A stretch of 64,000 nt of DNA from Sulfurimonas sp. (lineage in GTDB: Bacteria > Campylobacterota > Campylobacteria > Campylobacterales > Sulfurimonadaceae), in contig JAUZRZ010000057.1 in the NCBI GenBank assembly GCA_030949945.1, positions 8,612-72,611 of the forward strand, written 5' to 3'. The translations under genes were made by a program, and so were the position numbers. Each line of letters starts with the position of its first letter. Within the stretch, counting starts at the first letter, position 1. The notes under the pieces were generated by a model. That model had not been told where the DNA came from. It did no database searches and saw only the letters and a list, made by a program, of their open reading frames with translations. Positions 55,481 through 64,000 of the stretch are shown here, in pieces.

Positions 55481-55516
55481 ATTTTAACAACTTAATATGA
55501 AGATTTAATGAAGATA
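55481..55516 (-). promoter_or_regulatory. Extended -10 promoter plus 11-bp-period direct repeat for the hydrogenase operon
   Basis: Minus strand reads ATCTTCATTAAATCTTCATATTAAGTTGTTAAAAT, the same architecture as 51062-51098. Confidence 0.65.
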
Positions 55517-55571
55517 ATTACATATAGCAATAATCTAGCTATAATTCTTTTAAAACTTTAAGGAATCAATC

Positions 55572-56249
55572 TTGAGTGAAGAGAAGACTACTACACCTAA
55601 AAAATATTATGACTATATCAGTGTTGGGAACCGTACACAACAGATAGCTTATTTTGTGCAACAACATGATAAGACTAAAATGTTAGTAGAGTTGCTCAAG
55701 CCCCTTATGCAAAAGCAGATTTTACTTATAGTAAAAAGTAAAAAGAGTGCCGACATGTTACAAGCTACACTCAAAGAAAAAGAGTTTAACACTTTAAGTA
55801 TACATGGAAATCATAGAACAACTCAGATAGAAGATGCACAAAATATTTTTAACACTAAAGGCTTACAAATCCTTATCACAACTGATAAAATTTATGAGAC
55901 AATGGAGCTTAAAGATGTTGAAGTACTAATAAACTACGACCTACCTTTTGAAGCACCTGACTACTTTAACCGCCTTCGTAGTGTTGATGAAGTAGGAGAG
56001 TCTATCTCACTTATAGACCCAGAAGATGAGTCTCAACTCGCCACTATAGAACTTATGATGAAATGTGAAGTCAAGGAGCAAGAGCTTGAAGGCTTTAAGC
56101 ACACAAACCGCACTCAAACTAACATAAAAGATAAAACAAAAAAACCTCGCCATAAAAAAGTAGCACAACGGGCTAAAAGAAAAGCAGAGATCAAGTCTAA
56201 ATGGATTCCAACTACCGATGTGGATGAAACTCCTAAAGAGGATAAGTAA
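55572..56249 (+). CDS. Stand-alone DEAD-box helicase C-terminal domain protein
   Basis: SIHGN, ILITTD and VLINYDLP; no N-terminal ATPase domain; basic tail. Confidence 0.78.
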   Translation: MSEEKTTTPKKYYDYISVGNRTQQIAYFVQQHDKTKMLVELLKPLMQKQILLIVKSKKSADMLQATLKEKEFNTLSIHGNHRTTQIEDAQNIFNTKGLQILITTDKIYETMELKDVEVLINYDLPFEAPDYFNRLRSVDEVGESISLIDPEDESQLATIELMMKCEVKEQELEGFKHTNRTQTNIKDKTKKPRHKKVAQRAKRKAEIKSKWIPTTDVDETPKEDK

Positions 56250-56255
56250 AATTTT

Positions 56256-58199
56256 ATGGCACTCGTAGACTTACAAAACATATCAAAACACTATTCTGCA
56301 CAAAAGATTCTAACAGAAGTTAATTTTCATGTTGATGAGGGTGAGAGGATTGTTATTATCGGTAAAAATGGGAGTGGAAAATCTACTCTTATGAAAATAA
56401 TCAATGGCACTCTGACTCCTGATGGAGGTCGGCGTATCACAAGAAATGACTTAGAAATAAAGATGCTAGACCAACGTCCAAACTTTGTAGAGGGTCACAA
56501 TGTACGCCAAGCTGTAGAACATGGTTTAAGGGAGTTAAATGAAGCTAAAGAGCGATATAGTGAACTCTCACAGCTTCTTGCAGAAGATTTTGAAAATAAA
56601 AAACTTTTGGATGAGCATGAGAGACTCTCAAAATATATAGAGCACCATAATGCTTGGAACTTAGATGATAAGATAGAACGTATCATCCAGCATTTTGACC
56701 TTAAACGCTATGAAGATAAACCTATCTCACTACTAAGTGGTGGAGAACAACGCAGAGTTGCCCTCGCCTCTTTACTACTCCAAAAACCAGATATATTACT
56801 ACTCGATGAGCCTACCAATCATCTTGATGTTTATATGGTTGAGTTTTTAGAAGAGCTTATACTTAAAGAGAAGTTTACCCTTGTTTTTATCTCTCATGAT
56901 AGATATTTCATAGACAGAATTGCTACAAAAAGTGTGGAAGTTGATGACTGCGTTTTAAAAGAGTATAGTGGTGGGTATAGTAACTATCTAACTCAAAAAG
57001 CAGAGTATATTAGAACACTACAAAAACAGCATGACAATCTTTTAGGGGTGCTTAAACGCGAGAACGAATGGTTTGCTCGTGGTGTTAGAGCGAGACTTAA
57101 ACGCAACGAAGGTCGTAAAGAGAGACTTATGAACCTCAGAGAAGAGGCAAAAACAAATCCTGCAAAAATTCGTAAGATGAGTGTAGAGCTTCAACGCGAA
57201 GCAAAACATTTTAATCGTGATAAAAGTATTAACAAACAAAAGATGCTTTTTGAAGTAGAAAATCTTGGACTTACACTTGGAGATAAAGAGCTTTTAAAAG
57301 GTTTTACTACACGTATCCTACAAAAAGATGTCATTGCCATAGTTGGACCAAATGGAAGTGGAAAATCAACTCTACTTAAAGCACTTCTAGGAAGACTTGA
57401 ACCTACATCTGGGACTATTAAACGCGGAGAGTTTAAAGTCGGGTATTTTGACCAGCATCGTGAACTTCTTGATGATGATAAAAACCTTATAGAAACTTTT
57501 TGTCCTCATGGTGGAGATAGAGTAAGTGTGAGAGGTGCGGACTTGCATGTCTATGGTTATCTTAAAAACTTTCTTTTTCCTCGTGAATTTTTAGAAAAAA
57601 AGATAGGAGTTCTTAGTGGTGGTGAAAAAAACCGTGTAGCCCTTGCCCTACTCTTTACAAAAGATGTAGATATACTCATACTCGATGAGCCTACAAATGA
57701 CTTAGATATTCCTACTATCAACATCTTAGAAGAACAACTCACTAACTTTGCAGGTGCTGTAATCATAGTAAGTCATGATAGATATTTTGTTGATAAAATT
57801 GCTAAAAAACTCTTTATCTTTCAAGCAGATAAAACTATAGAAGAATCACATCAACAGTATAGTGAATATCTCGACTTAGAAAAAGAGTTAAAAGAGCTCT
57901 CACAAATGGAGAAAGAGGCAGCACTCACTCCTAAAACCTTAGAAGTAAAAAAAGAGAAAACAAAAACTCTTAAACTGACTTTTAAAGAAAAAATGGCACT
58001 AGAGTCTCTTCCTCAAGAGATAGACGACTTAGAGATAAAAATAGAAGAAATAAATAAATGTTTAGCTAATCCATCCTGTTATGAAGAGAAAGGTATCACT
58101 GCTGTTGCCGAGGAGTTAGCAAAGATGGAAGAGTTGTATGAGCTAAAAGTAGAAGAACTTTTAACTATACAAGAAAAAGAAGAAGAGATAAACTCTTAG
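56256..58199 (+). CDS. uup: ABC-F family ATPase (Uup-like)
   Basis: Two ABC domains (GKNGSGKST, LSGGE, DEPTN) and a C-terminal coiled coil (KLTFKE). Confidence 0.88.
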   Translation: MALVDLQNISKHYSAQKILTEVNFHVDEGERIVIIGKNGSGKSTLMKIINGTLTPDGGRRITRNDLEIKMLDQRPNFVEGHNVRQAVEHGLRELNEAKERYSELSQLLAEDFENKKLLDEHERLSKYIEHHNAWNLDDKIERIIQHFDLKRYEDKPISLLSGGEQRRVALASLLLQKPDILLLDEPTNHLDVYMVEFLEELILKEKFTLVFISHDRYFIDRIATKSVEVDDCVLKEYSGGYSNYLTQKAEYIRTLQKQHDNLLGVLKRENEWFARGVRARLKRNEGRKERLMNLREEAKTNPAKIRKMSVELQREAKHFNRDKSINKQKMLFEVENLGLTLGDKELLKGFTTRILQKDVIAIVGPNGSGKSTLLKALLGRLEPTSGTIKRGEFKVGYFDQHRELLDDDKNLIETFCPHGGDRVSVRGADLHVYGYLKNFLFPREFLEKKIGVLSGGEKNRVALALLFTKDVDILILDEPTNDLDIPTINILEEQLTNFAGAVIIVSHDRYFVDKIAKKLFIFQADKTIEESHQQYSEYLDLEKELKELSQMEKEAALTPKTLEVKKEKTKTLKLTFKEKMALESLPQEIDDLEIKIEEINKCLANPSCYEEKGITAVAEELAKMEELYELKVEELLTIQEKEEEINS

Positions 58200-58215
58200 A
58201 AGAGAGAAAACTTCT

Positions 58216-59565
58216 CTACTTTCTAGCTTCTTTGAGTGAATCTGCGATTAAAAATGCAAGTTCTAGTGACTGATCCGCATTTAAACGCGGGTCACAGTGA
58301 GTATGGTAACGAGAAGATAAATCCTCTTCAGTTACAGTAAAACTACCACCGATACACTCAGTTACATTTTTACCTGTCATCTCTAAGTGAACACCACCTG
58401 CATGAGTTCCTTCTGCTTTATGAATTTGAAAAAACTCTTTCATCTCAGTAAGAATAGCATCAACTGGTCGCGTTTTATAGTTGTTTGAAGACTTGATAGT
58501 GTTTCCATGCATAGGATCACATGACCATACTACTTTAAGGCCTTCTTTTTCTATCGCTTTTATAAGAGCTGGCATACCATCACCAACTTTTCCAGCACCC
58601 ATACGAACGATTACATTTAAGCGACCTGCTTCATTTTGAGGGTTAAGCTCGTTACAAAGTTTAACTAAATCTTGTGGATCCATAGTTGGTCCAGCTTTTA
58701 CACCGATTGGGTTGTTAACACCTTTTAAGAACTCAACATGAGCACCATCAAGTTGTCGCGTTCTATCACCTATCCATAACATATGTGCTGATGTATCATA
58801 CCACTCACCTGTAATAGAGTCTTTGCGAGTAAATGCTTCTTCATATGGTAGCAAAAGTGCTTCATGTGAAGTATAAAAATCAGTCTCACGAAGTGTTCTA
58901 TATGTTTTAGAGTTAACACCACAAGCTTCCATAAAACGCAGTGAATTTTCAATATCTTCTGCTAGTTTTTCATACTTTTTGCTCACTTCACCTTGATGAG
59001 CAAAGTCTAGTGTCCACTGATGTACTTGATGCAGATCAGCTAATCCTCCTGAGGCAAAAGCTCGGAGTAAGTTTTGTGTAGCAGATGCTTGGTTATAAGC
59101 TTTTATCATGCGCTCAGGATCTGGTATACGTGCTTTAGCACTGAACTCAGTTCCATTAATGATGTCACCACGATATGAAGCAAGTTCTACACCATCAAAT
59201 GTTTCAGTATCACTAGAGCGTGGTTTTGCAAATTGACCAGCCATGCGACCCACCTTTACCACAGGAAGACCTCCAGAGTAAGTCATAACAACAGCCATCT
59301 GCATCATTGCTTTAAAAGTATCACGGATATTATCAGCATGGAACTCAGAAAAACTCTCCGCACAATCTCCACCCTGAAGCAAAAAGGCTTCTCCATTTGC
59401 TACATTTGCAAGTTGTGATTTTAGGGTACGAGCCTCTCCAGCAAAAACAAGTGGTGGGTAGTTTTTAAGTTCATCTAAAACTCTTTGTAATGCATCTTTA
59501 TCTGTATAAGTTGGTTGCTGTAAAATAGGTTTCTCTCTCCAGCTAGAAGGGCTCCATGTACTCAT
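58216..59565 (-). CDS. Class II DAHP synthase
   Basis: [28 protein letters not shown] and [10 protein letters not shown] motifs. Confidence 0.96.
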   Translation of the reverse strand: MSTWSPSSWREKPILQQPTYTDKDALQRVLDELKNYPPLVFAGEARTLKSQLANVANGEAFLLQGGDCAESFSEFHADNIRDTFKAMMQMAVVMTYSGGLPVVKVGRMAGQFAKPRSSDTETFDGVELASYRGDIINGTEFSAKARIPDPERMIKAYNQASATQNLLRAFASGGLADLHQVHQWTLDFAHQGEVSKKYEKLAEDIENSLRFMEACGVNSKTYRTLRETDFYTSHEALLLPYEEAFTRKDSITGEWYDTSAHMLWIGDRTRQLDGAHVEFLKGVNNPIGVKAGPTMDPQDLVKLCNELNPQNEAGRLNVIVRMGAGKVGDGMPALIKAIEKEGLKVVWSCDPMHGNTIKSSNNYKTRPVDAILTEMKEFFQIHKAEGTHAGGVHLEMTGKNVTECIGGSFTVTEEDLSSRYHTHCDPRLNADQSLELAFLIADSLKEARK

Positions 59566-59688
59566 AATAATAACCTTAATTAAATAATTTTTTGGATTTT
59601 ACCCAAATAAGCCTAAAACTATCATTATGAAAGTTTAATTTATGCTTATTAGAGTACAATACACTATATTTTATACATGGGAATATTT

Positions 59689-60616
59689 ATGCACAAAGAA
59701 GATCTTAAATCTCTAGTTAATCAAATGCACAAAGATTTAATCGAGAACATTGATGCACACGAAAATCCGTCAAAAGAACAAGTAGTTACTTTTCTTCAAG
59801 ATGCTACAAATGCAATTGCAAGTCTCAAAGAGAACTCTATTAACGATCTTGAGCGAACTAAGTTAATGTTTACTAATGCTCATAGAGAAATTGCTAAAGA
59901 GTCTTTAAAATCTTATGCACATAGTAATAGTGCATTTGAAGAACTAGCTCAAATCCACGAAGAAACCCTTCTCTCTGCTACTGATTTGCATATTAACCTT
60001 CCAGATATTGCTCAAAAGTTTACAGATCTCCAAAAACAGATGTTTAGCGAGATCGAAAAAGCAAACTCTACTATTACCGATTTAACGACACAGTTAAACG
60101 AACTAGAAAGAAGTTCAAATTTAGACTCACTAACAAAAGTTTTTAATCGTCGAGCACTTACAACATATCTTCAAAGACTATGTGATAAAGGTGATATTGC
60201 TTACGAAACTGCATCTATTAATGCTAGATATTGATGACTTTAAAGTAATAAATGATACCTTTGGTCATGTTGCTGGAGATAAAGTGATTATGTTTATTGC
60301 AAATATTTTAAGAAGTACTCTTAGAGATGGCGATAAAGTTTTTAGATATGGTGGAGAAGAGTTTGTAATTATACTCAACAGAATAACTCCTGAAGTATGT
60401 TTAGAAGTAACAAATAGAATTCTCAAGCTTATCCGTTCAAACCAGTTAATCTATAAAGGTCATCCTTTAAGTGTAACTATTAGTATCGGTGCAACACAAT
60501 ACACTAATGGAGATACTCCTGAGAGTATTATTACCAGAGCAGATAAGGCACTCTATAAATCAAAAATAAATGGAAAAGACCAAATGAATTCAGAGATGGC
60601 TACAAATGGAAATTAA
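59689..60616 (+). CDS. Diguanylate cyclase with coiled-coil N-terminus (frameshift near 60205)
   Basis: DSLTKVFNRR, DIDDFK and RYGGEEF motifs. Confidence 0.9.
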
Positions 60617-61235
60617 TTATTTTGATATTGTAGCGGCAGTAATTATTTTACTGCTAGGGCTTAAAGGTATTATCAATGGCTTTTTCAAAGAGCTTTTTGG
60701 ACTCATAGGTATCATCGGTGGTCTTTTTATAGCTTCGAGAATGGGAGATGATATAGGAGAGTACTTAAATAATCTAATCTTTAATTTCTCTTCATCTTCA
60801 GCTGTAAGTTTTTTAGGATTTTTAACTACTTTAGCACTTTTTTGGCTACTTATGATTCTTATCGGGTATACTTTTAAAAAGCTAAGTTCGCTTAGTGGTC
60901 TTGGTCCTGTTGATAGAATTTTAGGATTTCTCTTTGGTGCAAGTAAGTTTTTTCTTATTGCAGCTGTTATAGCACATGCAGCTTACAATATTAAAGCTGT
61001 AAAATCAACACTTGATTCTGTAATGGAGACAAGTATATTGTTTCCTATTATGGTTGAAGCAGGTGCTTTTATCATGAAGATTGACCCTGTTGGTTTGAGT
61101 GAAGATATAAATGCTACTATCGAGCAGGGTTCTCAAGCGATAAAAGAGAAAACTGATGCACTTGTTAATGAGACCACGAAAGAAGAGATACAAAAGATCA
61201 AAGACCAACTAAAACACCAGATTAAAGAGAAATAA
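60606..61235 (+). CDS. CvpA family protein
   Basis: FDI..GIINGFFKE and DRILGFLFG motifs. Confidence 0.9.
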   Translation: MEINYFDIVAAVIILLLGLKGIINGFFKELFGLIGIIGGLFIASRMGDDIGEYLNNLIFNFSSSSAVSFLGFLTTLALFWLLMILIGYTFKKLSSLSGLGPVDRILGFLFGASKFFLIAAVIAHAAYNIKAVKSTLDSVMETSILFPIMVEAGAFIMKIDPVGLSEDINATIEQGSQAIKEKTDALVNETTKEEIQKIKDQLKHQIKEK

Positions 61236-61236
61236 C

Positions 61237-61719
61237 ATGTCTAATATAAATACTGATTTTAACAATAGAACTATTGAGTATCAACAGCTACTCAGTGACT
61301 TTAAAACACTTCTGAAAAAAAACAACTTAAAATTCACTATTCAACGTGAAGTTATTTTAGAAACACTTTATAATTCTGATGAACACCTCACACCAGAAGC
61401 ACTGCACCATCTTATACAAGATAAGCAACCTGATTTAAAAACTGGAATAGCTACAGTTTATAGAACTCTTGCCCTACTAGAAGAGTCGAATGTTGTCAAT
61501 TCACTCTCATTTGGGGCACAAGGAAAGAAGTACGAACTAGGTGCAAAAGAGCATCATGATCATCTTATCTGTACTGAGTGTGGCAAGATTACAGAGTTTG
61601 TAGATGAAGAGATTGAGAAGCGTCAACATGCTATCACAGATGAATTAAACTTTAAAATGAGTGATCACTCTATGCAAATATATGGTACTTGTTCAGAGTG
61701 TCAAGCAAAAAATATATAA
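61237..61719 (+). CDS. fur: Fur family transcriptional regulator
   Basis: TIQRE, GIATVYRTL, HHDHLICTECG and CSEC motifs. Confidence 0.88.
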   Translation: MSNINTDFNNRTIEYQQLLSDFKTLLKKNNLKFTIQREVILETLYNSDEHLTPEALHHLIQDKQPDLKTGIATVYRTLALLEESNVVNSLSFGAQGKKYELGAKEHHDHLICTECGKITEFVDEEIEKRQHAITDELNFKMSDHSMQIYGTCSECQAKNI

Positions 61720-61728
61720 GGAAAATTA

Positions 61729-63242
61729 TTGATTTTTGATAATAAATTTATTCAACAAAGAATAGAAAAAGCAAAACTACTTAAAGAAGCAGGATATAAC
61801 CCATATTCTAATAATTCTAAACGAAATACTACTATAGAAAAGTACCTCAATGTCAACTCTGATATAGCAGATAAGGAAGACCAAACGGGATGAAAAACGC
61901 CACTATATTGTAAGTGGACGTATTAAACTTTTACGAGTTATGGGAAAAGCATCATTTGTAAAAATTGAAGATGAATCTGGGTATGTTACAAGTATATGTA
62001 ACACGTGATAATCTACCCCAAGATTTTTATAATACTATGTTTAAAAAGAACATTGAAGTTGGTGATATTATAGAAGTGGGTGGTTTTCCGTTTGTAACTG
62101 GTAAGGGTGAACTCTCTTTACATGTAGATAGTCTAACACTACTCACAAAAGCAATTAGTCCACTTCCTGAAAAATTTCATGGTGTAACAGACAAAGAGAT
62201 TCGTTACCGTAAACGCTATCTTGACCTTATCATGAATGCAGAAGTGCGTAAAACTTTTCAAATTCGTTCAAAAGTTATCTCTTTAACTCGTCGATTTTTC
62301 GAAGATAAAGGTTTCTTAGAAGTTGAAACACCTATGATGCACCCAATAGCAGGTGGAGCAAATGCAAAACCATTTGTTACACACCATAATGCTCTAGGTA
62401 TAGATAGATTTTTACGAATTGCTCCTGAGTTATACCTAAAACGCTTAATCGTTGGTGGTTTTGAAGCAGTTTTTGAGATAAACCGTAACTTTAGAAATGA
62501 AGGTATGGATGCTACACATAACCCTGAGTTTACATCTATAGAATTTTATTGGGCTTATAAAACATATAAAGATTTAATTGAAATAACTAAAGAGTATTTT
62601 CAATACCTTTTTGAACATTTAAACCTTCCAACACAACTCCCTTATGGAGATATGACAGTAAATTTTGATAATTTTCAAGAGATACCTCTAGTGGAGTCTC
62701 TGACAACTATAGGTGGTGTTCCCACAGAATCATGTCAAACAAAAGAGTCTATTTTAGCATTTTTAAAGAGTAAAAATATCAATGTCAAACCAAATTTAAA
62801 TTTAGGACAACTTCAAGGAGAGCTTTTTGATGAGTTTGTTGAAGAGAAGTTAATTGACCCTACTTTTATAACAGAGTATCCAGTAGAGATCTCTCCACTT
62901 GCTCGAAGAAGTGATGAAAACCCAGCAATCACTGAACGTTTTGAATTATTTATCGCAGGACGTGAAATTGCAAACGCCTTTTCTGAGTTAAATGACCCTC
63001 TTGATCAGCTTGCACGTTTTGAAGGACAGATGGCTGCTAAAGATAGTGGTGATGATGAAGCACATGAAATGGATAGTGATTTTGTCGAAGCATTGAGCTA
63101 TGGTATGGCTCCAACTGCTGGTCAAGGTATAGGCATTGATAGACTTGTAATGCTACTTACAAATGAGCATAGTATTCGTGATGTACTTTTATTCCCAGCT
63201 ATGAAACCTATTATCACCGAACAAAAAGAAATAAGCGAGTAG
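61729..63242 (+). CDS. lysS: Lysyl-tRNA synthetase (indels near 61885 and 61980)
   Basis: TTG start [11 protein letters not shown]; [21 protein letters not shown] and GIGIDRL motifs. Confidence 0.96.
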
Positions 63243-63341
63243 GACAAGACAAGAACTGTTTTATAATTAAAACTTAATTCAAGGATATTTTTATCAAAAA
63301 TCTATTACAATATTAAAACATAAATTTAAAAGGTATTTTAT

Positions 63342-64000
63342 ATGCACAGATACTTACTTCTCTTGTTCTTTATATTTGCACTCACTCTTAATGCAAATAC
63401 CTTAGTTCCTTCTATTGAGACTATTCAAGAAGAAGAGAGTATGTCAATGTGGATAGCACTCTTCGGACTTGGAATCATAGCAATCATGGCACTTTTTTTA
63501 TCTTCTGAAAAAATAAAAAGTTTTAAAAAAGAGAAAGCCCAAGAAGAGGAAAGTCTCAAAAAAACAAGTCAAGTCCAAGATGCTATAGTCTCAAAAATGG
63601 GTGAAGATATTCATAGTATTGCTAAAGAAAATCTTGATGATACTAATCTCGCAAAATCTGAAAATCAAATACTTGCTATTACTACAAACCTAATAGATTT
63701 TTTAAAAATAAAATCAAATAAGGTCATCATTGAACACCAAAATCTAAAACTTTCTAATCTCTTAAATGATGTCTCTGGAACTCTTAAGGCAAATATTAGA
63801 GGAAAAGAGTTTGAGCTTATCTATGATATTGACAAGTCAATAGTTCAAGAGATAAACTCAGATACATTAAACCTAAGTAAAGTACTTGTAAATATTTTAC
63901 TCTATTGTGTTGAAAATTCCTCAACACAACTTACATTAAAGATTAAGCAAACAAGTCTTTTTTCAAAAGATGACCAACTTTCATTTACTGTTAGTAGTGA
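63342..64000 (+). CDS. Membrane-anchored histidine-kinase-like protein, 3' end outside the window
   Basis: Manual translation: signal/TM segments, then LIDFLKIKS..ELIYDID..LSKVLVNIL resembling HisKA/HATPase; no clear H-box His. Confidence 0.55.
   Translation, partial: MHRYLLLLFFIFALTLNANTLVPSIETIQEEESMSMWIALFGLGIIAIMALFLSSEKIKSFKKEKAQEEESLKKTSQVQDAIVSKMGEDIHSIAKENLDDTNLAKSENQILAITTNLIDFLKIKSNKVIIEHQNLKLSNLLNDVSGTLKANIRGKEFELIYDIDKSIVQEINSDTLNLSKVLVNILLYCVENSSTQLTLKIKQTSLFSKDDQLSFTVSS

Overview
AT-rich chromosomal segment of a Campylobacterota bacterium; gene order and protein style suggest Sulfurimonas (inference). Most of it is housekeeping: fapA, murJ, cysS, pyrD, dapA, pgsA, rseP, yggS, polA, xerD-like, gatC, pilT, argD, cheV, oadGAB, htpG, dsbD, uup, class II DAHP synthase, fur, lysS. 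Many genes, including essential ones, are broken by 1-nt indels that often lie in homopolymers, which points to long-read assembly error rather than real decay. The best candidate for an undescribed system is at 48.4-55.5 kb on the minus strand. There a Tat-exported [NiFe]-hydrogenase (small and large subunit) is followed by a pentaheme c-type cytochrome lipoprotein in place of the usual cytochrome b subunit, then a triheme cytochrome c lipoprotein and dsbD. The small subunit lacks the C-terminal His that normally contacts cytochrome b heme and has a Cys-to-Asn change at the proximal cluster. The hydrogenase operon and the second cytochrome share a near-identical promoter architecture (an 11-bp-period direct repeat plus an extended -10). 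Other notable items: a family of ~115-175 bp MITE-like palindromic elements (6 copies) that carry nested insertions and supply gene C-termini; a DUF2946/CruR-like CxxC+RAPP leader gene ahead of an outer-membrane transporter; a zincin-propeller-barrel outer-membrane protein; and a Tat-exported superoxide-reductase-like protein.
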